DNA of 64,000 bases, taken from positions 22,734,299 through 22,798,298 of the forward strand of contig NC_134025.1 of NCBI RefSeq assembly GCF_964204645.1, written 5' to 3'. The stretch is from Tubulanus polymorphus (lineage: Eukaryota > Animalia > Nemertea). The position numbers and the translations under genes are program-made. This document shows positions 1 to 14,945 of the stretch, one piece after another; within the stretch, counting starts at the first letter, position 1; each line of letters starts with the position of its first letter. The notes under the pieces were generated by a model, which made no database searches, was not told the origin of the DNA, and saw only the letters and a program-made list of their open reading frames with translations.

Positions 1-1
1 G

Positions 2-277
2 ATAATATTCGGTAATTTACAATGCGAAGATTTACCCCGGCGTGAAGCAGTCGATGTCGTCGTAGGCGACGAATTGAGATTGGAATTACTTGAACGTTTC
101 AATTATCGCTGGCAGGATTGGACGTTCAGGGATATCATATCGGTGAAATCGAGGTATTCCGAGGCTCAAAAGCTTTATTTCGCCACTAAGCCGAAAGATC
201 GCAAAGAGCTTATCGCCACAAACCATTTATTCGATAGCTTTAATGACTGTAAAGAGGAAAAAGAAATAGACGGTTGA
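2..277 (+). CDS. MMACHC: Cobalamin-processing protein CblC, final coding segment (5' part outside window)
   Basis: Frame 2 is open from the window edge: ...DLPRREAVDVVVGDELRLELLERFNYRWQDWTFRDIISVKSRYSEAQKLYFATKPKDRKELI..., matching the recalled MMACHC C-terminal motif (LLEGFNFHWRDWTYRD...RYSEEQKAYFSTPP); TGA at 275-277. Confidence 0.88.
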   Translation: MIFGNLQCEDLPRREAVDVVVGDELRLELLERFNYRWQDWTFRDIISVKSRYSEAQKLYFATKPKDRKELIATNHLFDSFNDCKEEKEIDG

Positions 278-3200
278 TCTGTGCTCTTCAAATCGTATTA
301 TCATAGATCTCTTATCAGTACGGAATATGTGCTATAATTACACCATTCATTTTACCTTTCTACCTTGGTATCTGGTTATTGACTCACTATATGCTGTTAA
401 TTTAGTTGAAAATAAAATAGCTTCATCTGACCGATAGCTAATAAATTTCATCTTTGTACATGTAGTCTGTTATCGATCCGCAAATGGTTGACAGTCTTGA
501 CATTGAAGGATAAAGGCTAGCCTCTAGGTTGACTTGCAATGTCGTGGTGTGATCGGTTCTGATCTGATATCTTGAGAGGAAAGCAATTTTCATTATTTGG
601 AGTTGTAAGAAAGCCAAGCCCATTGGCTTACACTTCATGTAATTCATACATTTACTTTTGCAAACTATGGAAATTATATTTCCACGATGTGCAGTAACAG
701 AAGAGAATTATAGAAGATCCGAGTGCCCTAGAAACGGAAAACAGTTGTCAAACATCAAACATGAAATGCAAGTCAAACGGGTTTGGCTCCGATATTATGG
801 GTATTCATTCAATCATTCACATACTTAAAGCTAAACTTGCGCTTACTTAAGGGCAGACCTATATATAATGCTTCTTGTCATTTGTGTAAAGCGTCTGGAG
901 GGGTTTAGTAGTCAATCAAGTTGTAAATTGGTTTATCTTATAGATCAGACTCGCATACTTCTTTATACTTGGCCTGACATTACCCGCAGAATCGAAGTGT
1001 TGAACAAGGAGAAAGTCGACATGTAACATTCAAATAATATCTGTTTTTATTTTTCTTTTACTATAATTTACATGAACCATTTTAATAATTGTTATGTCTA
1101 CCTCTGGGAGACAGCAGTGTCTAAAGAAAGGAAGAAAATGAAATATGTACATGGGGTGGTGCATAAAAAAGATGAACCTCTGCAGTTAAATATCTGTGGT
1201 TCTGCTGAGGTATGTCACATCAAAATTACGAATTACGGTTACTTGTAATAATGACTATATCAATAACGGAATCTATCGTCTATCTAGCCAGGAGTATGTA
1301 TTAAGAAATGCTCGTAAATGAAATATTGAAGGTATGATACCGATTGGTTAAATCGAAAACAGGCACCGCTAATGGAGCTATAGATGTAAAAGCAGAAAAT
1401 CCTAATTACAATCTATTCAAAATATAATCACATGAATTTAAAGCACAAAAATTACATATCTATATGAAGCGAATTGTTTGATTAATGCAAGAACCGGTAA
1501 AATTCAATGATTCCCCTTTAAAACGGTTAGCGATTTTAACTGATTGCAAATGTTCTTGATGATGCAATGTGGATGAATGTATTATGCTCTTAAAATACAG
1601 CGCCAAACTTTAAGGCCACCGAAACAATAACAATGTACAGCAGTTTTGATTAAACATTTCGCAAACTCAAAAACTAAACACCCATACCTTCTCTAACTTA
1701 ATCTTTACCATGTACCGTACATGGTAGACTGGAGTTTATGATCTTATCAACATTATGTGGAATTTGTACCCATATTGTTACAACCTTGAGCTCCATGAGT
1801 TAATCTTTAGTGTCATATTTCACTTCAAGGTGTAACATTTAAAAAAAAATAAGTCTCAATGGACGAGACCTAATTGCCCCTACCATATGAAATTAGATTG
1901 TTAACCAGGATTTCTTTGACGATATAGTTTTAACATCTCTTATCATGTGCCATCTAGTCTTATAAATACAAATAATACGCAAGTGGAGGTCACAACAAGT
2001 AATATAGTTATACGCAAATATCCCAGGTGCAAATTAGTGTAAGGATAAAATGTATCTATTCATTACTACAGTTATTTCCTTCTCCAGATATCTCTATTGA
2101 CAAATACAACAACACAATTGTAATGCAACACCTGACATTCATATCATCAGAGAATGTCAACCTAACATCAAAATGTTTACGACAGAATTTCATTCGACTT
2201 AAAAACTTTTCACATTTCAACAAAGAATACCGGGGGTAGCACGCAAAAATGATGAGTCGGGGGGGGGGGGGGACACTCCATCTCTTAACAACATGCAGTT
2301 TAATTGACGTGTCATTGACCGGACAAATCATCACGTGAAAACCAAAATGAGAATACATTTTTCGAGGATGTCCAGTATTGCTAATATTTCTAGCACTGGA
2401 AGTAAGCACTTGTGTAAGAATTACCATATTCACAGATAGAAAATTCTTTACTGTACATTATATTTTTACCCGTACAAAACAGCTGTGTACACAGTGTCTG
2501 GTCCACATTTCAAATACATTATTCATCGCTTATCAAACTTCTATTCCATTTCATATACTGAATCAATAATATAATCAATATCTATTTTCTATTATGTATG
2601 ATTTATTTTACGGTTAAGAACTAACTCGGTTTATCTACTTAATTATCCCAGAAGGGTTAACTGTTAACATGCGATTAGTCATAAACGCCTTTCTTCCATA
2701 AATATAAAAGCCTTGTCAATATCCATTTCATAACTATTTCTATTTCTAATTATGTTTTTACTAGCTAAAACTTCACTTTCATACCGCTTTGTGTTAAGAT
2801 TTGGCACTAGCTTACACCATTTAAAACCGATTTGCATTTTTCTGTAGTCTCGTCTTAAAAGATTATTATTTGGTTGGATGAAATTATACACGTACATGTA
2901 TTAATCTAAATCAAATGAAACAAAAAGGTTTTAACGTTGGAAGCCAGTCCGATAGTACAATTGAATAACGGTCGAACGAACTCCAATCATAACCATTCTG
3001 ACAAAATTCAATTGGCACGCAACAGAATGTGTCGGAAACGATCATATTTTTGCGCAAATAATACAACTAATCTTATCAAAACATAGACGTGTTGGTTGAA
3101 ATGACATTTCATTCAGTCTCGAGGAGATTGTTCGGCTGTTACTCAACATTACTTGAGTGATTAGTCAAAAATCAATCTTCTGAAACTCTTTTTTTTTGTC

Positions 3201-4246
3201 CAATATCACATCATACATTGCTCTTTTAATAACCTGATTTTCAAACGTAATTATTGCTTAATACACCTTTAGTGAAGAGATGGATGTACAAGTCGTCTAA
3301 TTCTAATATATGTAATATAATAATTCTTATATATTCAAAGAGATTAGCAAATAATAAGTCAGATTCAATCGACTAACTTAAACAAATAAATCGATTGAAA
3401 ATGAAATCAAATGTTGCAACACAGAAGAAATCCCAAATTACGGCGCAGCGCAAATGAAAACTGCTTATATTCTGACACGGAATACGCAAGTTTAAAAAAC
3501 TGCAAATATCCCTACTGGGGATGAACAAGATTAGAAAGTAAGTTACACGGGGAGGTCTCAAGTTTTCTGGAATGTTTTTTTCTTCAAATATCCAAGAAGA
3601 ACGTAGAAAATCAGTTCAAATTATACTTCCCACAGCTGAAAACCCTTATGTGCTCTATATCGGATTTATCGTAAAAGGAACAATAACGTGAGGTATTAGT
3701 TTCGAAAATAAATACTACTTGTATTAAGTTTGCCATGTTTTTTCATCGATGCCTCAACGACTTTTATCATATTCAGAATCGACGATAAAAATTGTCTCGA
3801 TTCACAGCAAACTATTGAAATGTACAATCAGTTGAATTCGATACAGTTAACCCTGATCATCTCGGGATGACTACTTTATCTTGAAAGAGACGATACAAGG
3901 AGTCTAAGATCGAGAATAGTTATAACTTAGTTACTGAGAGGTAGGACATTTTTAGCGCAAAGATTTACTTTATGAGTGTCCAACGTAGTAAGATAATCAC
4001 TACTAATGTTAGTGAGAAACGAAAATGTTTGGAATATACAGTAATGCAGACATCTTGCCGGGATCTATCTAAACAACCGAAATGATCGGGAAATAATTAT
4101 TTTTTTTCTGAACCTGAATCATATATATCACGGCAGTTTTATGTACACAAAGAAAATATTATTGTGGTAATACAACTTTTTTTTACAACTAACGATAAAA
4201 TTTTGAAAACGAGAATACTCTTTTGTACAACAAGTGTTCGGGATCG

Positions 4247-4836
4247 GGTGCAGATCCAGAGGTGTCATTTCGGATCAGAAAATATGTATGAAGGTTATAT
4301 TTCAAGAAATTATATTTCATATTGTACATTATCTGCATCGTCAAAACTGCCACAAATGGCCTCAATTTTAATAAAATCTACCAGAGAAGTCAAAGTATCC
4401 CTGTAACAAGTGTTTATCCCATGTCTCCCACAGTTCGATGAATTAAAAATTCCCATGTTTTCCGAATATTTCATGGGTGATTTTTTCAATTCTCCCAAAT
4501 TGAAATGAACAGATACCATCATACTACAGGATACCATCATAGGACATACTACTAGCCAACATTTTAGTGGTAACTGGTTGATACAGGTGATTTTCAACAG
4601 AAATTACTGAAGAAACTTGCCTTAGGCAAATGCAATACATGAAATGCACTAGGCAAATGAATTTCCCAAATATTTCTCTGGTTAGAGGAAAATTTCTCAA
4701 ATTCCCAAATACAATTAATTCCTAACTAGGAATATCATTTCAAAATTCTGAAGTTTTTCCCTATTTCCCCGTACTGTGGGAACAATGTTTTCCAGTAAGT
4801 CCTTCGGATATCAATTGCGCCCTCTGGATCTGCACC
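4247..4836. mobile_element. MITE-like element, probably with a second inverted-repeat element nested inside (~4420-4788)
   Basis: 16-bp TIR GGTGCAGATCCAGAGG / CCTCTGGATCTGCACC; internal imperfect inverted pair TCCCACAGTTCG / CGTACTGTGGGA. Confidence 0.6.
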
Positions 4837-6393
4837 TCGCGACAATGCAACTCGAGGAAGGACACAATATACATACTAGCATTAAAACATCATTACTTAT
4901 CCAGTGGATTTACACGGAAGAGAAGGAAAAATCAATGAATGATTTATAATTGTAATAATTATCAACGTACATATTCTCTTAATTACAATAGAACATATTC
5001 GATAAAATGTATAGCAATAAACAACACTTTTACCGCCAGTTCACGGGCCTCGTTTGTCTAGAAATCTATGAAACAATATCAGAGGTCCGCAATAGGTAAC
5101 AATCTGGACCGTATCACTCTCATTTGCAAATCACTTTTTACGTAAGGACGAGATTTGGACGCATCGCACGCACACAAACATGTACCCAGTTTCAGGCAAA
5201 TAATAATTATACACATATGTACAAGGGATATAATATTTCAATATTTAATAGTAATAAAATTGTCTCGGTATGCTGCCAATATATGATTGGACTTAAGTAT
5301 CAAGTCATTAGTTTTCACCTCTGTTACACGCAAATCTTTTAGGACTGGGGGTATAGTGCCCGACATTGTAATGACAAAAACAAATACAAATGTGCTCATA
5401 TGCAAGGAGTCAAATCATGTTTCTAAGTTTGCATTTAGTGTATTTCTATATGAAAACGTTCCAATTTCTGAATAAACTGAACGAAGAGTCACTATTCCTA
5501 ACTGTACAACCCCCTGTAATGAATAGTAAGGTTCGCATTTTCTCTTCATAGAAAATGCCAATGAAACAAAATGCACTTGGTGTCAATGCCCATGTCCCCA
5601 CTGCCATCATAGAACCATAACGGCTCAAAGTGTACATGCATTTACATATGTACACTCTTGATAATGATAAAGGCACAAAATCTCGGGTCTAATATCATTT
5701 TCACTGTCGAGATGATCCTACCCAATATAACAAGTCCGTTCACGGCAAAGATGTCCAAACGCACGCGCACAAACATGCACGCTCACACACATACACATTT
5801 TCTCTAAAATTCGTATATCATAGTAATAATCGCAATAATAATATATTAAACATCAACGCAATATATATCTATCTGCTTTGTTATCGACATAACACAAATA
5901 CATTAATCATATGATTCCCAGAGATTTGGTTAATTAGGCATTTCATATTGGAAATTTTATGTACGGATCGTGTGACGAATCACATTTCAATCTAAACAAA
6001 TATCCCGGTTTTTCCAAGTCAACATTCTCGAAATATCATCTATAGATTGCAGCGAGTTAATAAATTCATAATGAGAGTCATCAACTGCCAAACTTCTACA
6101 TATCTACATCAACATGAACTTCCGTCATATCATCATCATCATCATCATATTAAGTACGAGTACCGGCGATTCTGCGTATAACAATACCATCATCATTATC
6201 ATCATCGTCATTGATAGTTCATAAAATGTAGTAAACAAACAAAGGTAAATCTATAATATATAGGCTAAAGTAAATGTGAATCACATCCGATCAGACAGTC
6301 ACAAGTATATCACAATACATAAATAGGACACCTCTACCCATTCATCGCGGATCATCCGATCATTCGTAAATATCTTATGGTCGCCCTGTGAAT

Positions 6394-9300
6394 TCAGGAA
6401 ACAGGTATCATTTCAAGGCTTCCGTGCACTGAACCGTGGCTGCCTGTTGAGGAAATACTACTATTTGATTGGTGCGTATCTGTTGTTCCGATGCATCTGT
6501 TGTGGTGAACAGTCTCCAGGTCGACGTTCTTGCCGAATATGTCGGCGGATGTGATGCCGCATTGTTTCAGTTTTCTATCCGTCACTTGCTGTTGTTGTTG
6601 CTGCTGGTGTTGCTGCTGATGCGCGACAACGACCGCCCCGCCACCACATTCGGATAGAGTCTCCGATGAAGTCACCAAAATATCGTCGAGACTACGTGAC
6701 TTGCGCGCGCCGTCGATCGGCTTTATTGCTGCTGCAGATCTCTGCTTCGTGTTCGGACTGTAACCAGAGCTAAACGACGCAGAACTGTTAACTCTGCGTA
6801 GGTGGTCCTGTAAGTCAGTGGATGGAGTCGGATCTTCTAAATGTGGTGCAGTTGCGGTGTCAGCGTCAGCTACGATGATTGCTGAAGGCGGCTGCTTGCA
6901 TTCGATGTCGAATATCGGATATGTGGAAAAAGCGATTGTATTCGGCCGGACAAGAGGACGCTTCGCTCGCATTTCCGGCGAACGCAACGTCACCGAACTT
7001 TCCGAATAGTTCTTACTATCATCGGCGTCCCGGCTACTACTCGACGACGTATCGCAAACGTCCTTGCGCAATCGCGTAGACTTCGATTCGAATGTACTGA
7101 AACTGAGCGGGCGTTTCGTTCCCGTAGTCCGAAACCGGTCGAAACTGTCGTCGCCCGCTAAACACGGCGTAAAGCTTAGCTTGTCCAATGAGGTAGTTGG
7201 AAAACAGTTCGGCAAATCGTACGCGCCAGACGAAACGCCAGGACCAGACGATGGCAGCGGCGGCGGTGGTTGACTGAAATTTAGTTTCGCGAGAGCAGTG
7301 GTCGGCGACTGAACGGCGGTCTTCGTTTCGAGGAAACTCCACGAACGCCACGGAAAACATTCTACGTAATCGCTGGTAGGACTGTCCGAACTGCTGCAAG
7401 AACTGATTGATGCTTTATGCGATGACGAGATGAAAGTCGGTTTATCGCTAGGCGTTTCACCGCGCTCCCACAGCAATGCCTTCTCGTATTCTAATAGCTG
7501 CCCCAAGAAGTTGAAGTTGGGTGAAATTGTTGGACGTTTATCTTTTACATACCTACAAGACAGATACGAAAAATGCCATAACGCATAGAACATGAAGCTA
7601 GCTAGTATCCTCTTTTATCTTTTCAGGCAAAAATCGAGAACTTCATTCAAATACACAGCCTTCAACTAATATAACCTTAAATAGGACTCCCATCAAAATT
7701 TGTTGAATTCAAGTCAGTCTTAACTAAACATCTCTATCATCTAATTCTCGATACATTGAATATGTAACGTACCTATATGCTTCCTCCGAACTCATTTTGA
7801 GGTATTTCATGATGTATGCTATAGCCAGAGTAGGTGAACGGGATATTCCTGCCAAACAATGGATCAACACACACCCATTCGCTTCACGCACTTTGTCTGC
7901 AAAACAGAAAACTCCTAGTTTCAATTCATCAATCAAATAAAGACATATTCTTGGAAAGTTTTGGTTGTACACGTTTTTACTTATTATTCGCATAGGGCAA
8001 CTCCCAAGGGTCGAGTGAAAAACAAAACGGCTCTTTTAACATTCTCGATAAACAAGATGAGTCTTGAGTTCATTTTATCATCGAAAAAAATTGAACTAAC
8101 CTATATACTGGAATGCTTCATTGAAGTAGGTGCTAAGTTTATCGTTATAATTATCGTTCACTGGAATGCGAAGAAAGTGTCCTTCCTGAATAAAGGGCGG
8201 CTTCGGACATTTCGTGCTGACATTCAAAATGTATGTTACTCCGATCATCTGCAATTCAAGACAATTCATATATATAAAACCTATTTAGCATTGATAAGAT
8301 AACTTCTATAACGGTAATAGACTATAAAATCATAAAAATAGATTGATCCCTTTTTTTTATATCATGAACTCATTCGGAGACATCGATTTATTCCTTATCT
8401 TATATACCTTTATACATTCTTGTGAAACTGAATCTTTTTGTGAACCAAGGTAGAGAAATGGTAGAATTTTGGTCGGTCCGATGTTTGATACCGGTAGACA
8501 AGGCTGCGATATGGAACTCAACGTTCCGTACTTCGATCCACCCGTTTCCGACCGGGACTCGCACAGCATTGGAGTATTGGCCTGGAACTCAAGAAATCCT
8601 CCTGAAATACATAATAGATAAGCCACTGTGTTCAAATCTTAAACAACATTAGATTTTTCTTAAGTACCAGTAGATTCTGTTATATTACTGCATCATTTCA
8701 TGATAATACTTATTCACAAAGGACATTAAATATTAAAACTAAGAGCCTACTTGTATATAGGTCTATGGCCTTTTTTACGATAAATAATGATATGATAATA
8801 ATAATATAATAATAGTATGTTCTATTTTCTGAAGATTTCATAATTCAATATCTGACATCTAAACTCAGTATCCAGTCAATCCAATGAAATATATCCAGTC
8901 CTAACACTACTATTGCAGATAGTCAGGCATTCATTTCAGACATCAATAATACCAGTATTTACATAATCTCCGATTAGAATGTACTTTACTGAGAAAAAAA
9001 TTCTCAATGAAGGAAATACAATAATTTGAAAAAAGAAAACAGCTCGAAGTGCTCTTGAAAATCGCTAACCTTTTAGTAATTGCACTTTCTTGAATACTGC
9101 TTGTAATTTCTTCAGTAGTATCGATAAAAAGCAGTCAGTGTTTAACGAGGCTGGCGTCTCGGTGCATTGGTCGTATACGATAACTCGATGGCTCGAGTTG
9201 ATATTAGAATCACTGCATGATTGCGATAATAAATCCAGCACGTTCACCTAGAATTTGAAATAAATCAAACTCAAATTAAATACGCTTTTAATTCTTTTCG

Positions 9301-9918
9301 AGATATGAATACACGTACGCTAAATTGAAATAGTGAATATGTACTATATCAAAAAGGTCAGTTCGATTTATCCAGGTGTATGGGAATTTAACTAATCTGG
9401 AGATATTGTTTATTGAAGATTACAAGAAGAAATCACTTTCTTCCCGTATATTTCTGAAATGTCTTCTCGAACACTTGCTCTCGCTAGACCACTCATAAAA
9501 GAAAAAAATAACTATTTACCTTATCCTGTTCCAAGCGACGCTTCACTAGTTTGGAGCAGCTGATATTAACTGCTTTCTGTATGTTACACGTATTGTATTC
9601 AAGAAATGATCGACTATCGATAATGATAACCTGCAAACAGACGTACATATGTAGAAAAAAAAAATAATCATAATTCACAAAAATCTAAGGAGCGCCAGCC
9701 ATCGCATAAAGAAAGTACTCGACAGATTGGCTTAACAGGTTGACAATTTGTTCGGAAATAATGTACGACGCAGACGGCTTTGGTTTGCAGCACAGATTGA
9801 GTAAATGAATGAATGAATGAACGAACGGTAATTCACTTACTTCATCTGCGCCTGTCCGTACAATCTGGGCCAGTTCCGTAGCAGTGACCATTTCCCACTG
9901 CTGGCCGACATCAGACAT
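6394..9918 (-). CDS. DUSP16: Dual-specificity MAPK phosphatase, DUSP8/DUSP16 (MKP-7) type; 7 coding exons
   Basis: Exons 9918-9841, 9630-9520, 9247-9070, 8601-8408, 8248-8101, 7896-7773, 7552-6394, all GT-AG and in frame. Rhodanese/KIM domain (IIDSRSFLEYN...CSKLVKRRLEQDK), GPTKILPFLYLGSQ, catalytic IHCLAGISRSPT, RPTISPNFNFLGQL, and C-terminal GSLEMIPVS like DUSP8/16. Start codon could be slightly further upstream. Confidence 0.92.
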
Positions 9919-11642
9919 CTTGTATTTAATTAGCATCAACATCAATACTGTTTACCCGAGTTTATAAATAACTGCCAAAAAGCCGTCAAACGAACTTAAA
10001 AACAACGATGAAACCAGCCGACTCGGCTGGTTCACTGGCAGTTACCCACTTCAAATATCACCATGGTGGTGGAAGTCATCATCCTAAAAATAAGCGGACA
10101 CAAGAGTTGCTTATATGAAGTCGATTAAGTAAGAATCAACTGTGGAAATTGCACAATAGTATGCAAACTGCACCGACTTGTCAATAATTAATACGCCAAG
10201 GATAAATTACAATGCCTATTCTTAGTTGAAAATTATTCTAACACGGCAAAATGTTTACCATACTTATTTCAAAGAAAAATTTTCACTTAAAATTAAAAAA
10301 GTACCAGTGTAGTTCTATCTATGGTAGCCAACATTTTTTATTCAATTCTAATGATAAATAAAAGATTTTCTAATCTAGTTTCATTTACAGTTTGCGACAA
10401 ACCTTCTCGAGTTGAGAAACAATTTTCATAGAATTTGTTGTCAGTTTCAATTTTTGAAATTTTTTTTGATGATAAAATCTAGTTATGAATAGAATGTAGG
10501 TTCTCAAAATTCACTCACCAATTACTACACAAGTTTAACATCTTTAAGACTAAGGGCTTCCAATGATTCTCATATAAATAGGTTTGTGAACTTAACATTA
10601 CTGTGATTTCAAACATATTGAGCAAGCTAGTGTGCCACCATGGTATTAAATGACCTACTAGTATTTCACAATTGAACGCTGATTCATATCTGCAAGTGAC
10701 ATAGCAAAATAGGCCCGATATTTGTTATATAAAACCGACTTCACAAGCCTGAATAATTAGTCACTTACATTAAGAGTTCATGTATGCTATTATATTTTAT
10801 TAATAGATACAGGCCTACCATTGTAGTGCTAACCACTAGGCCTATAAAACGATACACCCACGGCCCAATTCAGTTCGGGGTTCAAAACCTCACAGACCAC
10901 TTAAATTCTTATTTTTCCAAGCATTTTCAAAGACACAAGTGCCTATTACATGTTATTTCTATGGGCAAAACTTAAATGCCTACTTTTACCCATCCATATC
11001 GTTGATTCTTGATTTACTATTTACGATATCATAGGTTTAGTTAGGCCTACCTCGGCTTAGGCGCAAAGGTTTATCCAGGTATAAAATTAAGGTTAGGGAA
11101 GAACTTAACACCAAAAAGTAGGGATAGCATGTCAGGTTTAGGGAGTTAATATTTACCACCATTCATCGGCTTACCAAATTTTTGAATTAAATTATGTCTT
11201 ACAAATTGAAATACGACTAACTGTATGCCAAAAATGCTTAAATTAGTGCCAAAGAAAAGCAAAAAGTATTCATTAATTATCAATTGGTGCTCTTATTAAG
11301 CAACCGCCAAAAGTGCCACCGGTGCCGGCCCGTTGCATGGGTTAGGGGATATCATATTGGGAAGGTGGTTAAGTAACATTTAGATTTAAGTAAGGTCAGG
11401 TAAAACGAAGTACTACAATAATAACACAAATGGTTTTTTACTCGTCCAATAATACGGTACTCACTCTGTGTGACTTTGTTAAAATGTATTACATACACAT
11501 TATATGAAGAATAATAGCTGGTCGGCAACCTCACATATTTAGTAGGAGGATGAGGTGCCTGAGTAAGGTGGGTTTTCCGCTCGGAACACTAAAGCAAATT
11601 TTCGACGACATTTCCCGTTACAGCTGTTCTATATTAGTGAGA

Positions 11643-12000
11643 TGATGTCACCGACCGAACTAGCGTAAACGATGAGCTCATACTCACCCAATAAAACGGC
11701 GCAGTATATACCGGACCTGCCACCTTTCCACAACCAGAGTCTACGACCTTGCGGCTAGATAAACATCACATGCCACAGTAAGTGAAATACATCAATTCAA
11801 TTAAATATTATAAATACGAATCATCTGCGGTCTGTAGCAAATCTAGACTAAGTGCTTCTTAGTGCTTTAAAAAAATATATCAAGGTTCTGGTTTGTGCTT
11901 ATTTTTCACACAAATGTCAATGGGCGCTGAAATCGTTTCCGGGTAGCGGGTACCGGGCCGCCCGCATTGACATCAAAATCAATCATCCGGAAAACACAGC
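11643..12000. promoter_or_regulatory. Probable promoter and first non-coding exon of the DUSP gene, in the divergent DUSP/GCNT interval
   Basis: Minus-strand donor TGG|GTGAGTA at 11688/11687; GC-richer patch near 11935-11990; TGACATCA at 11968-11975 and its reverse complement at 11643-11650. Confidence 0.35.
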
Positions 12001-13080
12001 ACTTTTTCACATCATTTGAATTTTGACGAGTTGATCGAATAAAAAATCACTTCTGGGCACTTAACATGTGCTAATTAGTGCGTGGATGAAATCTATTAGT
12101 GCGTGGATGAAATAAGTGATCTGTCCATAGGTTATTGTTATGTATTGAGCAATCGGGCGCAATGAATGCTACTTTTTCCGCACCAAGTGCTGAAAAGTGG
12201 TAGGCTTACTTTTGCTTAATTAAGCCTTATTGCTAAAACCATCATACCCAGCAAACAACTAATTAATTAATTTTTTCAAATTGCAACATCGATGTATTTA
12301 TATGAACTTTTTGCTTTGCTTTGGAAAATTCAACGGACTTCGACCTGTTGGCGCAAACGTTTTCTAGAAATGTGTTTAAAACAAAAACTTCATGTTATAT
12401 ATCACGCACATATCACAAACACATATCGCTCTAAAAAGTCGATAAAAAGCGCGTGATCGTGTTTCTAGAATTCTTCCATTCTCCGGCTGTGTTATGATCC
12501 GTTGTAGTTAAAAAATTAACATAATTATCCATTTCATTAGATTAATTCATCGGGTAATATCGGATTTGATTTTTTGAATCATGCGAATGGATTATCGTAT
12601 GTATCAACACACAGAAGTCGTTGATTCAACAACTCACAACATATCGATTGATCTCGAATGTTAAAATGAAAATGTGCTGTCGTCGCCGCGTGCCGTGTAC
12701 ACTATGGTGGGCTCCCATATCACTACCGTGTTCTCGTCCATAGAAAACATAATGCTTTGTCACGAGTGCATATAATCGCAGGTGACTTGCCGTATGGAAT
12801 GGGCGGCATTTTACTACCAATCGTTCATTCCCTACATTTCCCGAACAATCTCATCCAAAATGGATTAGCGCCCTGTGATACCGGTAAGGACACAGCATAT
12901 TTATTGCTGCAGATGCCCAGGGAATATCTCAATTTGAGTCAATTTGATAGTGTTTTTAACGTTAGATACAATAATTAGTGAGAGCCTCAAATGGGTCCTA
13001 AAAATGCCTAACTATGTCGACCACTATTGTTTATTACAGATTTTCATGATCGGATCAGCAACGCCTGATGCTTGACAAAA

Positions 13081-14754
13081 ATGGTTTTGATAATTTGCAA
13101 CAGTTTTCGCTATGCTAAGGCAAAAAGAATACTATGTATTATTCTTGTATTGAACATAGTTTTGCTTCTCATCAATAGTGGCTTGTTGTACTTGATCTAC
13201 GAACCGTCGTCCGACAAAGGATGGGTCTCTAAAGTGCTCGGTTTTATGATCGAAAAGAAAAAGGCGGCGAATGTAGAAAATTCACACCGCACTACGAAGT
13301 TATACCATGACCTATCATCGCTCAGAAGCAAACGGCTCGAAGAGTTTCTCCACGGGTGGAGAAAGACGCCCGAAATATGCGAAAGCTTTCTGAGAAATGG
13401 CCCAAATTCGTTAGCTGATGCGCGCAATTACATGATATCGCATCCAAAAAAATTTATCAAAGATGGCGAATATGCATTTATTATCGAGGAACTCGGTTGC
13501 CAGCGTTTTAAAGAGGTTTTGAGATACAACACGCACCCGATATCCCAAGAAGAACATGACTTTCCGTTAGCATTTGGAATAGTGATGTATCGCGATGTCG
13601 AACAATTGGAGAGATTATTACGGGCTATTTATCAACCTCAGAATTTCTATTGCGTCCACGTAGATTTGAAAGCTTCCAATGCCATCCACGCGGGCGTCAA
13701 AGCCATCGCTTCCTGCTTCGATAATGTCATCGTACCGTCCAATCCCGTCGCCGTCGAGTGGGGTCATTATACGGCCCTGAAATCGCATTTAATCTGCGCT
13801 GAGCAGCTATTACTCAAGAGCAAAAAGTGGAAATACTTCATCAATTTGACCGGCCAAGAGTTCCCACTTCTCAGCAATCGACATTTTGTCCGTGTCCTGA
13901 AAATCTTCAATGGTACAAATGAAATTCAAGGTGGCCTTGGTCAACTCGAGTAAGCATTTGTGGCTCCATATAGAAATGCTGTTGAGTTTTATTGTCGACA
14001 TTACTTGACATTATGGGCAAACCCTTGCGTGATAGATTTGCTAATCATCTATTCTAATCGTATTTATTTACAGATGGGATTTAGATCGATGGAAATACAA
14101 ATGGACATACGGACGACGTGGGTTTACCCGAACGGACATCAGAAAATCCGTACCGCCTCACAATCTAAAAATCGAGAAAGGAGCCACCCACATCATCGCC
14201 ACTAGGCCGTTCATAGATTATTGCATCAATAACCAGATTGCGAAAGATTATCTAGCCTGGTTAGAGGACACATTCGTTCCAGACGAGGCATTTTTCTCGA
14301 CGCTTAATCACGATAAAAAGATCTGCGCCCCTGGAGGATATTATGGTTACTAGGACATTTTCTTATTCATAGTTCTTAATTTTCTTCTTAATGTAAACAT
14401 TTTGCGTCATATTTTGATTTATCTGTTGCTGTTTCAGGTGATTCGTCGTGGAAACCATTCGTAGCTCGGTCAGTCAACTGGAACGGCCAATGCGGCGGTA
14501 AGAAAGTACGTACTGTTTGCGTAATGGGCATCAGCGACATTGCGCCCATGTTGCGAGGAAACCGAAAATTTCTCGTCAACAAACTCTATCACGATTTCGA
14601 ATATCTTGCTCTGGATTGTTTGGAAGGCTACCAACGAAAACTGGTCTTAATGTCTCGCCGAAACGATTTCAAATTCGACGAATATTTCTATCGGAACCTT
14701 CCCCAGGTTCTATGTAAAGAATGCAAAATATGCCCCAATGTATTAGTCCGTTGA
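13081..14754 (+). CDS. Core-2/I-branching beta-1,6-N-acetylglucosaminyltransferase (GT14, GCNT family); 3 coding exons
   Basis: Exons 13081-13949, 14074-14345, 14438-14754. N-terminal type II TM; EEHDFPLAF, RLLRAIYQPQNFYCVHVD, KWKYFINLTGQEFPL, VPDEAFFSTL, FLVNK motifs. Confidence 0.9.
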
Positions 14755-14945
14755 TGTACGTGTAAAACTTAAGTCCATTCGCTCCGACATGTTTTCAGAA
14801 ACAAAAGCCAATGTTTTAATTTATATTTCATACAAATATCTATCATGTAAATCTATAAATAAATATACAATCTTTGCAATACGCTTTTGTAAGTCAGTGT
14901 TCTATTATGAGCCTTCGATTAGGATTCTGGTAAGACTTGTTTATT

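Noticed and set aside
438-5676. Short ORFs of 60-125 aa and the poly-G run at ~2259-2272
   Set aside because: No homology signal or exon structure; consistent with random ORFs in AT-rich non-coding DNA.
10012-10032. Perfect 10-bp-arm palindrome in the presumed DUSP 5' UTR
   Set aside because: Single short hairpin with no evidence of function.
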